Assembly: GCA_963770895.1 (NCBI GenBank)
Contig: CAVYRF010000002.1
Location: 5,088,001 to 5,152,000 of the forward strand
From: an uncultured Acidobacteriota bacterium
GTDB lineage: Bacteria > Acidobacteriota > Thermoanaerobaculia > Multivoradales > UBA5704
Length of the DNA stretch: 64,000 nucleotides
Direction of reading: 5' to 3'
Numbering within the stretch: the stretch's first letter is position 1; each line of letters starts with the position of its first letter. The notes below the pieces were generated by a model. The model worked only from the letters and a program-made list of their open reading frames with translations. It was not told the DNA's origin and searched no databases. This document shows positions 8,992-18,117 of the stretch, one piece after another. The translations under genes were made by a program, and so were the position numbers.

Positions 8992-11037
8992 ATGTCTGAT
9001 GCTGCTGCTTCCAGTCCCGGACGCGACTTTATCCGCGACATGATCGACCGCGACCGGGCTGCCGGTGTGCATGGCGGCAGGGTGGTGACCCGGTTTCCGC
9101 CGGAGCCCAACGGATATCTTCATATCGGTCATGCCAAGGCGATCTGCCTCAATTTCGGCTTGGCGGTGGAGTATGGGGGCAGGTGCAATCTGCGGCTTGA
9201 CGACACCAACCCTGCAACGGAAGAACGGGAGTACGTCGAGAGCATCCAGCAGGGTGTGCACTGGCTGGGCTTCGACTGGGGCAGGAACTTTTTTCACGCT
9301 TCGGACTACTTCGAGCAGCTGTACGACTTTGGCGTGCAGCTGATCCGCCTGGGCAAGGCCTACGTGTGCAGCCTGAGCGAAGAAGAGATCCGCGCCTACC
9401 GGGGCACGGTGACGGAAGCGGGACGCAACAGCCCGGACCGCGATCGCAGCGTGGCGGAAAACCTGGACCTGTTCGCGCGCATGCGGGCCGGGGAGTTCGC
9501 CGACGGTGCCTGCGTGCTGCGCGGCAAGATCGACATGGCGGCGGCCAACATGAAGATGCGGGACCCGGTGCTGTACCGCATCAAGCACGCCTCCCACTAC
9601 CACCGCGGCGATGCGTGGTGCATCTACCCGATGTACGACTTTGCCCATCCGCTGTCGGACGCGATCGAAGGCGTCACCCACTCGCTGTGCACGCTGGAGT
9701 TCGAGAACAATCGGGACGTCTACGATTGGCTGGTCGATGCGCTGGGTTTCCCCGACCCGCCGCGGCAGACGGAGTTCGCCCGCTTGAACCTCACCTATAC
9801 GGTGATGAGCAAGCGCAAGCTGTTGGAGCTGGTGCAGCGCAAGCTGGTGAACGGCTGGGACGACCCGCGCCTGCCGACCCTGGCCGGGCTGCGCCGTCGC
9901 GGCTTCACCGCCGCGGCGCTGCGCGATTTCTGCGAGCGGATCGGCGTCGCCAAGGCCAACAGCACGGTGGACGTGACGCTGCTGGAGCACTGCCAGCGCG
10001 AGGCCCTCAATCCCCAGGCTCCCCGCGTGCTGTGCGTGCTGCGGCCGCTCAAGCTGGTGATCGATAACTATCCCGACGATCAGAGCGAGCAGATCGAAGC
10101 TCCTTTCTATCCGCACGACGTGCCCAAGGAGGGCAGCCGCTCCGTGCCGTTTTCGCGCGTCTTGTATATCGAGCAGGACGACTTTGCGGAGGTGCCGCCG
10201 AAGGGTTTCCATCGCCTTTCGCCCGGCCGCGAGGTGCGCCTGCGCTACGCCTACCTGATCCGCTGCGTCGACGTCGTCAAGGACCCGGCGAGCGGCCAGG
10301 TCGTCGAGGTCCACTGCACCTACGACCCTGCCACCCGCGGCGGCTCGGCTCCGGACGGCCGCAAGGTGCCGGGCACTTTGCATTGGGTTTCCGCCGCCCA
10401 TGGGGTGCCGGTGGAAGTGCGGATCTTCGATCGCCTTTTCCGCGTCGAGCGGCCCGACCTGGAGGAGAACTTCGAAGACTGCCTGAACCCGCGATCGCTC
10501 GAAACGCTCAGCGATTGCCGCATCGAGCCCGCGGCGGCGGACCCGGCGCTGGGAGAATGGTTGCAGTTCGAGCGCCAGGGGTATTTCTTTCGCGATCCTG
10601 TCGATGCGCGCGCCGACCACCTGGTGTTCAACCGCGTCGTGCCGCTGCGCGACTCGTGGGCGCAGGAAGCGCAGAAGCAGGCGTCTGGCGCCCCCGCCGT
10701 GCAGGGCGCGCACCGGGAGCCCGTGCCGCCGAAGGCGTCGATGGCGGCGACGGCGGCCATGGCGGCGAAGCCGGCGAAGGTGCAGGAAGCCAAGGTCGCC
10801 GAGCCGCTGGGGGCGGAGGACCTGGCGCTGCTCGCCGAGGCGCGCCCGACGCTGCTGCCGATCGTGCACGACGTGCTTGCCGCGCATCCCGCCGAAGTGG
10901 ACCGCTACCGCAAGGGCAAGACAGGGATCCTCGGGTTCCTGGTCGCCCAGGTGATGAAGCGGGCAGGGGAGAGCGGCGGCAGGGCCAACCCCAAACTGGT
11001 CAACGCGATCCTCACCGAGGAGCTGGGCGCCTCGTAA
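8992..11037 (+). CDS. glnS: Glutamine--tRNA ligase with C-terminal GatB/YqeY-like tail
   Basis: [17 protein letters not shown] (HIGH), [13 protein letters not shown]; tail [18 protein letters not shown]...RANPKLVN; AAGGAG RBS. Confidence 0.97.
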   Translation: MSDAAASSPGRDFIRDMIDRDRAAGVHGGRVVTRFPPEPNGYLHIGHAKAICLNFGLAVEYGGRCNLRLDDTNPATEEREYVESIQQGVHWLGFDWGRNFFHASDYFEQLYDFGVQLIRLGKAYVCSLSEEEIRAYRGTVTEAGRNSPDRDRSVAENLDLFARMRAGEFADGACVLRGKIDMAAANMKMRDPVLYRIKHASHYHRGDAWCIYPMYDFAHPLSDAIEGVTHSLCTLEFENNRDVYDWLVDALGFPDPPRQTEFARLNLTYTVMSKRKLLELVQRKLVNGWDDPRLPTLAGLRRRGFTAAALRDFCERIGVAKANSTVDVTLLEHCQREALNPQAPRVLCVLRPLKLVIDNYPDDQSEQIEAPFYPHDVPKEGSRSVPFSRVLYIEQDDFAEVPPKGFHRLSPGREVRLRYAYLIRCVDVVKDPASGQVVEVHCTYDPATRGGSAPDGRKVPGTLHWVSAAHGVPVEVRIFDRLFRVERPDLEENFEDCLNPRSLETLSDCRIEPAAADPALGEWLQFERQGYFFRDPVDARADHLVFNRVVPLRDSWAQEAQKQASGAPAVQGAHREPVPPKASMAATAAMAAKPAKVQEAKVAEPLGAEDLALLAEARPTLLPIVHDVLAAHPAEVDRYRKGKTGILGFLVAQVMKRAGESGGRANPKLVNAILTEELGAS

Positions 11038-11113
11038 ACCTCCGCGGCCTGCGACGCTTTCGGCCTGCCTGCCGCCGCTGCCGTTGAGACGGCGGCGCGA
11101 AGGGCCGCGGTCG

Positions 11114-11500
11114 CTATTTGTTGATGTCGATCTTCCAGCGCCTTTCTTCTTTGATCAATTGATCGGTCTCGCGCTCGCTGGTGCCGTTGCCCAGCGCCAG
11201 CACCGCTACCAGCTTGCACTTGTCGCCATTCACATTGACATCAGTGAAAGTGATCGAGGCAATCCCGCCGCTTTTCTCGATCTTCGTCTGCAGCTCGGTG
11301 AGGGCAGCCTTGAGCTTGTCTTTGCCAAGAGTCAGCACGCGCGCGGCGAGCAGGCCCTCGGCTTCCTCGAAGTTCCCTGCAGCCGCCGAGCGATAGAAGC
11401 GTTCGACGGTTGATTGGGGAGTATCGAACAAGGCGCAGCTCTGGCAGAGCAGCACGATTGCTAAGGCGGCAACGCTCTTTAGATAGTTCATGGCAGTCAT
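11114..11500 (-). CDS. Small lipoprotein, NTF2-like (DUF4878-like)
   Basis: Signal peptide with CQSC lipobox-like Cys; TPQSTVERFY...GNFEEA...LIKEERRWKI; ATGA overlap with upstream gene. Confidence 0.8.
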   Translation of the reverse strand: MTAMNYLKSVAALAIVLLCQSCALFDTPQSTVERFYRSAAAGNFEEAEGLLAARVLTLGKDKLKAALTELQTKIEKSGGIASITFTDVNVNGDKCKLVAVLALGNGTSERETDQLIKEERRWKIDINK

Positions 11501-12267
11501 TCCTGTTCCTGAAAGAAGGCGACCAATCGGAGGTGTGGGCTCTGGCTCAGCCGGCTGGGCAGGAGGACCGGACCACTGAGGCCGGGCAGGGGCAGGCGGT
11601 CGAAATGGCCGTCGACCAGGTCGACGCCAGCGGTCTTGAATGCTCGCCAGGCCAGCTCGGTGCAGTACAGCCGAGAATCGGAAGTCAGATCGAAGGCGCT
11701 GTCAAACGGCACCTGCCGCATTGCATAGGCGAGAGCCGCGGCGCTTGCCCGCGCGGGCGCATCGCCACTGCCGCGCAGGCGATACAGACCCGCCGCGCGC
11801 GCCACCAGCGGCGCCAGGAAGGCCGAAAGGGGCTCGACACGAGCCCCACCGCCCAAGCCCGCGTCGTCGTCTTCGGGAGGTAGCGTATGGATCACATAGG
11901 GCGTGCCGTCTGACCGCCATATGATGCCAACGTGCGAATAGTTGCCGCCGTCCTCGGATGCCAGGACCAGGCTGCTCACCAGGTCCCGGCCGCGGCGAAA
12001 GACAAGATCCCCGGTCGCAAAGGCATTCGGGTCGTACTGCACTCCCTGCCGGCCTGACCGGCCAGGGCGATCCTTACGGCTGGAGCCGGACGCCAGCAGG
12101 AGCGTCGCGGCCGCCGCCAAAGTCGCCAGCACGGCCAGGATCAGGATTTCCGTGGTGGCCGGCCTGTGCAACCTGCCTGCCCAAGCAGGCACGCCAGGGT
12201 GGCTGGCGCGGCGCTGCGGATGAGGACAGGGAGCAGCAGCAGCCTGTGGCAACTCAGGCCGGGTCAT
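11497..12267 (-). CDS. Permuted papain-like NlpC/P60 enzyme (YiiX/YebB-like)
   Basis: GDLVFRRG, YSHVGI, VIHT, FDSAFDL...LYCTELAWRAF (His before Cys = permuted); N-terminal TM anchor; start uncertain. Confidence 0.88.
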   Translation of the reverse strand: MTRPELPQAAAAPCPHPQRRASHPGVPAWAGRLHRPATTEILILAVLATLAAAATLLLASGSSRKDRPGRSGRQGVQYDPNAFATGDLVFRRGRDLVSSLVLASEDGGNYSHVGIIWRSDGTPYVIHTLPPEDDDAGLGGGARVEPLSAFLAPLVARAAGLYRLRGSGDAPARASAAALAYAMRQVPFDSAFDLTSDSRLYCTELAWRAFKTAGVDLVDGHFDRLPLPGLSGPVLLPSRLSQSPHLRLVAFFQEQE

Positions 12268-13078
12268 TGGACACCAGAACGCATTGACGGGGGTCGCAGC
12301 GGTGGGCGAAGAGTCGCGGGACGCGGGCATCAGCCAGCCCAACGGCAGTGAGCTGTTGGCAGGCCAGCTCGAAGGCCGTTTGTACGCTGCGGCCGTAGCC
12401 AAGGGCGTTGTAGTAGCCGCGCGCGAAGAGGATCGCCGCAAGGTCGCCGATGGCTCCCGACATGCCAATCGAACAGTCGACGTGCTTGGCGATGGCCTCG
12501 GCCAGCCTTGCTGAGTGACAGGCGTTGAGCACAACGGAGCGGATGCCGTGGCCAGCTGACGCGAACAGGCCGGCGAGTGCGGCCATCAGCGGCGCCTCGC
12601 CTTCCGCGTTCTCATCGCTGCCGGTCTTGGCGGCGGTCGCTGCGACATCCCGGCGCCCCATGGCGGGCCTGCCCGCAGCGATCACCAGCGGATCGCTTTC
12701 CAGTGCCAGGCTGGCCGCGCCGCCGTGACCACTGACGTGTACTGCCATCGGCTCGAAGCGCAGCAGGCTCTCGGCCATGTCGGCGGCGGTCACCGCCCAG
12801 CGCTGATCCAGCTCAAACCTGCCGCTGTGGCCGCTGGTGCGGAGCGCGTCGTCCACGGCGCGTGCTTCCTGGTCGATCCTCAGCCGCGAGGTGCCCGACG
12901 GATTGGCGGCCATGAACAGAATGCGGATCGGACGCTGTCCTTGCGCGTCGAGCAGCGTCGGTGCGCGGGGAGCCGACGGGAGGGGTGACTCCATATGCGA
13001 GGCGTGCTGGCTGATGTCGCCAACACGCAACCGTTTACCGGAGATCTGGATGCTCTGGTGGTTCTCGTCCCTGTTCAT
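12254..13078 (-). CDS. Stand-alone CHAT (caspase-like) cysteine protease
   Basis: IRILFMAANP...LRIDQEARAV, catalytic HVSGHG and VVLNACHS, IGM...IGDLAA..FARGYY.AL..G.SV..AF. Confidence 0.9.
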   Translation of the reverse strand: MNRDENHQSIQISGKRLRVGDISQHASHMESPLPSAPRAPTLLDAQGQRPIRILFMAANPSGTSRLRIDQEARAVDDALRTSGHSGRFELDQRWAVTAADMAESLLRFEPMAVHVSGHGGAASLALESDPLVIAAGRPAMGRRDVAATAAKTGSDENAEGEAPLMAALAGLFASAGHGIRSVVLNACHSARLAEAIAKHVDCSIGMSGAIGDLAAILFARGYYNALGYGRSVQTAFELACQQLTAVGLADARVPRLFAHRCDPRQCVLVSNDPA

Positions 13079-13953
13079 GGGCGTGCACCACTGGAAACGA
13101 CAGCCGACTGCCCGATCGGACCGAAGACATTGCGCGAACCTTTGATATTCATGTTCTGGGTGTTGTTGTTGGTGATGCAGAAATTAAATACTTGCCGCAA
13201 CGTTTCCGAGAGCATGCCATCTTCGGCGAGCAGTTTCTCTAGCTCGGTCAGCACCAGGTTCCTGGTGGCGGTGTGGATGCCCTGCAGGTCGATGACATCA
13301 AAGTCGTTCTCCGCGTAGTGACTGATTGCGGCGCAGAGACTGTAGCGGTTGAGCATCCAGGGAATGAGCCAGGCCCATATTGTGAAAGGGCTGAGCAGGG
13401 CGAACTTAACCACGTCCCAATCGCTGAAGCGGCCGCGAATGTAAGCGACATATTGGGCGGCGACAGTGCTCCCGAAGGGCGCAAAATGCAAGAAAAAAGT
13501 CAGCCTGCTGTCGTAGGGCGAGCGGATCAGGATACGCAGGAACTCTCTGGCCTGTTGCGTTTTCTGCTCTGTGATCGAAAGCGGCGCCAGAACCTGAGCG
13601 TGGTCGTCCGGCAGCTTGACCAGTAGACGCGAGGCGAGCCGCTGCCGCAGATCGGCAGCAAAGCTCCGCGTCTGCTCGCGGCTCCAGTCTGGCTTGATCG
13701 GAATGGGAACGGAGATGTCTTCAATCGCACTGCCATAGCGATAGAAAAGACCCTCGCCCCAGAAGTGATCATCCCCCTTGGTCTCGCGCTCTTTGTCGAG
13801 CTGCACCAGGTACACCGACAAACCCATCACGCTGGCGAGAACGATGAAACCCAGCCATTTTTCCGCGGAGAGGACTGCGAGGTAACACATCGATACCAGA
13901 AGCCACTTCAGGGGTTGTCCGATCCACCGGAGTTTTAGCAGCAGGTAGTCCAT
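13075..13953 (-). CDS. Hypothetical membrane protein with Asn/Gly-rich C-terminal tail
   Basis: AGGAG RBS before ATG at 13953; N-terminal hydrophobic segments, a second hydrophobic segment (VVKFALLSPFTIWAWLIPWML); tail ITNNNTQNMNIKGSRNVFGPIGQ; ATGA overlap with CHAT gene. Confidence 0.8.
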   Translation of the reverse strand: MDYLLLKLRWIGQPLKWLLVSMCYLAVLSAEKWLGFIVLASVMGLSVYLVQLDKERETKGDDHFWGEGLFYRYGSAIEDISVPIPIKPDWSREQTRSFAADLRQRLASRLLVKLPDDHAQVLAPLSITEQKTQQAREFLRILIRSPYDSRLTFFLHFAPFGSTVAAQYVAYIRGRFSDWDVVKFALLSPFTIWAWLIPWMLNRYSLCAAISHYAENDFDVIDLQGIHTATRNLVLTELEKLLAEDGMLSETLRQVFNFCITNNNTQNMNIKGSRNVFGPIGQSAVVSSGARP

Positions 13954-14171
13954 GGTTTTCCTCCTTTGGCGAGAGATCCTCGCCGCCGCGGTAAGGTCAT
14001 CGCGAGACGACCAGCGCATCCGGCGTCTCCATGGGAAGACACCGGCTGGCGCGGTGAGGGTGAGTTGCCAGAGAAGGCGGCGGCCTGCCGCTCCTCGCGG
14101 TGAGGAGCGCGGCTGCGCGCACATGGCGGCTTGCGACTTGCATAGGACGTGCGCGGCCCCGCGGCCGGACT

Positions 14172-16892
14172 ATGCCCGAACCGATTGTCGCCACGTATCG
14201 TGTGCAGCTGCGCGCCGAGTTTGGGTTTGCGGCGGCGGCGACGGTGGTGCCGTACCTGGCGGCGCTCGGCGTGAGCCATCTGTACTGCTCGCCGTACCTG
14301 CAGGCGGCGGCCGGCAGCGCCCATGGCTACGACGTGGTCGATCCGACGCAGGTGAACCAGGAGCTGGGGGGCGAGGAGGGGCGGCAGCGCCTGGTGGCGG
14401 CGCTGGCGGCCGGCGGCCTGGGGCAGCTGCTCGACATCGTGCCCAACCACATGGCGATTGCCGATCGCGGCAACCGGTGGTGGTGGGACGTGCTGGAAAA
14501 TGGCCGGGCCAGCCGCTATGCCGGGTATTTCGACGTGGATTGGGATTCGCCGGAGGCGCGGCTGCGCGACACGGTGCTGCTGCCGATCCTGGGGGATCAC
14601 TACGGCCGGGTCCTGGAGGCCGGCGAGCTGCGCCTGGTGTGGCGCGGTGCGGCCTTCGAGGTGCACTACCACGAGCACCGCATGCCCGTCGCCCCGCGCT
14701 CCCTCGACGGGCTGCTCGCCGCGGCGGCGGCGCACTGCGGCTCGGCGGACCTGGCGTTTATCGCCGACGCCTATGGCCGCCTGCCGGAGGCCACGGCGAC
14801 CGATCGGGTGAGCGTGGCGCGCCGTCACCGCGACAAGGAGGTTCTGGGGGGGCAGCTCGGGCGGCTCGCGGCGGAGCGGGCCGAGGTGGCGGCGGCGATC
14901 GAGGCGGAGGTGGCGGCGACCAACGCCGACCCCGACCGGCTGGACGCGCTGCTGCAGAACCAGAACTACCGCCCGGCCTGCTGGCGCATGGCGGGTCGCG
15001 AGCTCGACTACCGGCGGTTTTTTGACGTGCCGACCCTGGTCGGCCTGCATGCCGAAGACGAGCGGGTGTTCGCCGATACCCACGCGCTGCCGCTGGCCTG
15101 GCTGGCGCGCGGCGAGCTGGACGGTCTGCGGGTGGACCACCCGGACGGCCTGTACGATCCGGGGCAGTACTTCGATCGGCTGCGCCGCGCCGCGCCGGCG
15201 GCCTGGATCCTTGCCGAGAAGATCCTGCAGCCGGGCGAAACCTTGCCCGAGGATTGGCCGATCGACGGCACCACCGGCTACGACTTCCTGAACCTTGCCG
15301 GCGGGCTGCTGGTCGATCCGGCGGGGGAGGAGCCGCTGCTGGCGCTCTGCGCCCAGGTGACCGGCGGTGACGAGAGCTGGCCGGCCCTGGCCGTCGCCAG
15401 CAAGCTCCAGGCCATGGACCAGCTGCTGGCCGCGGACGTCAACCGCCTGGCCGAGCTGTTCGTGGCGGTGTGCGAGCGCCACCGGCGTCACCGCGACCAC
15501 ACCCGCCACGATCTGCGCGAGACCATCCGCGAGGTGGCGGCGTGCATGGCGGTCTACCGGACCTACGTGCGGGCGGCGACGGGAGAGATCCGCGAGGCCG
15601 ACCAGCGGACGATCGCGGCGGCGGTGGAGGCCGCGCGGCGGCGGCGCCCCGACCTGCCGGCCGACCTGCTGGATTTCTTCCGCGGCGTCCTGGCGCTCGA
15701 GCCGCGCGGCAAGGCGGAGGGCGAGCTGGCGATGCGGTTCCAGCAGCTGAGCGCGCCGGTCATGGCCAAGGGGGTCGAGGACACAGCCTTCTACAACTTC
15801 CACCGTTTGAGCTCGCTGTGCGAGGTGGGCGGCGATCCGAGCCGCTTCGGCGTCTCGCCGGAGGAGTTCCACCGCGCCTGCGCCGCCACTCAGGCGCGCT
15901 GGCCGCGCACCTTGCTGGCCAGCTCGACCCACGACACCAAACGCGGCGAGGACGTGCGCGCGCGCCTGGCGCTGCTGTCCGAGATACCCGACCGCTGGCG
16001 GGCCGCCGTCAGCCGCTGGTTCGCCCTGGGCTCCCGCCACCGCCGGCCGGGGCCGGTGCCCGACGCCGGCACCGAGTACCTGTTCTACCAGACGCTGGTC
16101 GGAGCGTGGCCGCTGACGGTCGGGCGCGCTACGGCGTTCATGGAAAAGGCGATCCGCGAGGCAAAGGCCCACACTTCCTGGACGCAGCCGCAGGCGGCCT
16201 ACGAGGAGGGGGTGCGCGCCTTCGTGGCCGGCGCTCTTGCCGACGCCGAGCTGGGCGCCGAAGTCGCGGCCTTCGTCGGGCCGCTGCAGGTGCCGGGATG
16301 GGTCAACGGCCTTGCCCAGACGCTGCTCAAGCTGACGGCGCCGGGCATCCCCGACTTCTACCAGGGGAGCGAGCTGTGGAACCTCTCCCTGGTGGATCCG
16401 GACAACCGCCGGGAGATCGACTACGACGCGCGCCGGCGCCTCCTGGCCGAGCTCGAGCAGCTGGACGGCGGCGAGGGCGCGGGCGGCCCCGCCGGCCCCG
16501 CCGCTCAGCCTGGCGAGCGGGCCGGCGCCATCGACACCGCGGCGATGCTGGCGCGCCTGCCGGAGGGGCTGCCCAAGCTCTGGCTGATCCGCCAGGGTCT
16601 GGGCCTGCGCCGCAGCCGGCCCGCCGCCTTCGGCTCCCAGGGCGCCTACCGCCCGATCGTGGCGCGCGGGTCTCGCGCCCAGCACGCCGTCGCCCTGGAA
16701 CGCGGCGGCGAGGTGGTGGCCGTCGCCCCTCGCCTGGTGTTGGGGCTGGGCGACGACTGGGCGGACACCACCCTGTCGCTTGCCGCGGGCGGCTGGCACA
16801 ACGTGCTCACCGGCGAACAGCTGGCGGGCGGCGACCGTCCGCTCGCCGAGCTGCTGGCCCGCTTTCCGGTCGCCCTGCTGGCCCGCCAGTGA
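14172..16892 (+). CDS. treY: Malto-oligosyltrehalose synthase (GH13)
   Basis: ATYRVQL, GSAHGYDVVD, LDIVPNHMA, DGLRVDHPDGL, EKIL, MAKGVEDTAFY, STHDTKRGEDVRAR, LVDPDNRR. Confidence 0.96.
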   Translation: MPEPIVATYRVQLRAEFGFAAAATVVPYLAALGVSHLYCSPYLQAAAGSAHGYDVVDPTQVNQELGGEEGRQRLVAALAAGGLGQLLDIVPNHMAIADRGNRWWWDVLENGRASRYAGYFDVDWDSPEARLRDTVLLPILGDHYGRVLEAGELRLVWRGAAFEVHYHEHRMPVAPRSLDGLLAAAAAHCGSADLAFIADAYGRLPEATATDRVSVARRHRDKEVLGGQLGRLAAERAEVAAAIEAEVAATNADPDRLDALLQNQNYRPACWRMAGRELDYRRFFDVPTLVGLHAEDERVFADTHALPLAWLARGELDGLRVDHPDGLYDPGQYFDRLRRAAPAAWILAEKILQPGETLPEDWPIDGTTGYDFLNLAGGLLVDPAGEEPLLALCAQVTGGDESWPALAVASKLQAMDQLLAADVNRLAELFVAVCERHRRHRDHTRHDLRETIREVAACMAVYRTYVRAATGEIREADQRTIAAAVEAARRRRPDLPADLLDFFRGVLALEPRGKAEGELAMRFQQLSAPVMAKGVEDTAFYNFHRLSSLCEVGGDPSRFGVSPEEFHRACAATQARWPRTLLASSTHDTKRGEDVRARLALLSEIPDRWRAAVSRWFALGSRHRRPGPVPDAGTEYLFYQTLVGAWPLTVGRATAFMEKAIREAKAHTSWTQPQAAYEEGVRAFVAGALADAELGAEVAAFVGPLQVPGWVNGLAQTLLKLTAPGIPDFYQGSELWNLSLVDPDNRREIDYDARRRLLAELEQLDGGEGAGGPAGPAAQPGERAGAIDTAAMLARLPEGLPKLWLIRQGLGLRRSRPAAFGSQGAYRPIVARGSRAQHAVALERGGEVVAVAPRLVLGLGDDWADTTLSLAAGGWHNVLTGEQLAGGDRPLAELLARFPVALLARQ

Positions 16893-16932
16893 CCTAGTGT
16901 CCTCGCGGCCAGGTGGTGGCCGGAGCCGCCGG

Positions 16933-17313
16933 TCAGGGCATGGCGGCGAAGGCGGCGACGGCGACGGCGACAAAGACCGGCCACGCCAGGTGGCGGCCGC
17001 GCGAAGCCGCGAGGATCACCAGGCCGGTGACCAGGCAGCCGGCGGCGAGGGTGCCCAGGACCAGGCGCACCGCCGGTGAGGCCGGCGCCGGCGCCAGCAC
17101 GACGAAGAGGGCGGCGAACGTCCACCACGCGATCGAGGTCAGGTGCCAGGCGAAGCGCAGGGCCTGGCGCGCGAAGGCGCTGGTGCTCAGCATGCCGCGG
17201 CGCGTGGCGGGGGCGAGCAGGGGACCCAGCAGAATGCGTTCGCCCAACCAGGAATGGGCGATGCCCAAGGCGGCGGTCAGCGCGGCGGCGGTCAGCAGGA
17301 GAGTTGAGTGCAT
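16933..17313 (-). CDS. Small four-TM membrane protein
   Basis: GGAGG RBS; AHSWLGERILL, RFAWHLTSIAWW; divergent from tetR. Confidence 0.8.
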   Translation of the reverse strand: MHSTLLLTAAALTAALGIAHSWLGERILLGPLLAPATRRGMLSTSAFARQALRFAWHLTSIAWWTFAALFVVLAPAPASPAVRLVLGTLAAGCLVTGLVILAASRGRHLAWPVFVAVAVAAFAAMP

Positions 17314-17332
17314 GGCGTTTCCTCCGTAGCGT

Positions 17333-17487
17333 CCATACGGTTGCGTATGGAAGAGCGCACCTTGAGCCTAGTCCTGCCGCTCCGCCGTGTCAATACGCTG
17401 GCGTATGGTGTGCGCCAGGGCGGGCCTGCCCTGGCCGTTGCCGGGACCTGGCGCCAGCTTGCTCTTGCCTGTACGCTGGCGTATGGT
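17333..17487. promoter_or_regulatory. Divergent sigma70-type promoters with three palindromic TetR operators (consensus CCATACG-N4-CGTATGG)
   Basis: Operators at 17333-17350 (perfect), 17391-17408 and 17469-17486; minus-strand TTGACA(17393-17388)-17-TAGGCT; plus-strand TTGCTC(17459)-17-TATGGT just before tetR ATG. Confidence 0.75.
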
Positions 17488-17495
17488 TGGGTGGG

Positions 17496-18038
17496 ATGAC
17501 CGAGCGGCTGGGACACGGCGACTGGGTGGTGGAAGGCCTTCGCCTGCTGGTCGAGCGCGGCGTCGAGGCGGTGCGCGTCGAGCCGCTGGCGAAGCGGTTG
17601 GGCATCACCAAGGGCAGCTTCTACTGGCATTTCGGCGACCGCGCGGCACTGCTCGCGGCGATGCTCGCGGAGTGGGAGCGGCGCGCCACCCTGGCCATCA
17701 TCGCCGAGGTGGATGCGTCCGGCGGCGGCGCGGCCGAGCGCCTGTTGATGCTGGTTCGCCTGGCGCTGGCCGCGGACGGCCGGCTCGACCGCCGGGTGCG
17801 CGCCTGGGCGACCAACGATCCCGCCGCCGCCGATGTGCTGCGGCGGGTCGACCGGCGCCGCGTCGGCTACCTGCGGCGCCTCTTCGTCCAGCTCGGCTTC
17901 GCCAGCCCGCAGGCCGGGGTGCGCGCCCAGCTCACCTACAGCGCCCTGGTCGGCGGTTTCGAGCTGGGCTTCCGCCTTGCCGGCCGCAACCGCGACCGCG
18001 CCGCGGACCTGTACCGCCACGTCCTGACCTGCCGCTGA
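17496..18038 (+). CDS. TetR/AcrR family regulator
   Basis: WVVEGLRLLVERGVEAVRVEPLAKRLGITKGSFYWHF helix-turn-helix. Confidence 0.93.
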   Translation: MTERLGHGDWVVEGLRLLVERGVEAVRVEPLAKRLGITKGSFYWHFGDRAALLAAMLAEWERRATLAIIAEVDASGGGAAERLLMLVRLALAADGRLDRRVRAWATNDPAAADVLRRVDRRRVGYLRRLFVQLGFASPQAGVRAQLTYSALVGGFELGFRLAGRNRDRAADLYRHVLTCR

Positions 18039-18117
18039 GCGGCGCGGCCTGATACAGGTTGGTCCTGACGCTCGTCCTCGGCACGCTGGCGGCGATCCGT
18101 GTGATCTACTCTGCGCC

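Noticed and set aside
11040-14100. Mobile element boundaries around the CHAT cassette
   Set aside because: No integrase, transposase, tRNA or flanking direct repeat could be identified by eye
8866-16973. Long minus-strand ORFs opposite glnS (673 aa) and treY (1012 aa)
   Set aside because: Shadow ORFs fully overlapping confidently identified genes
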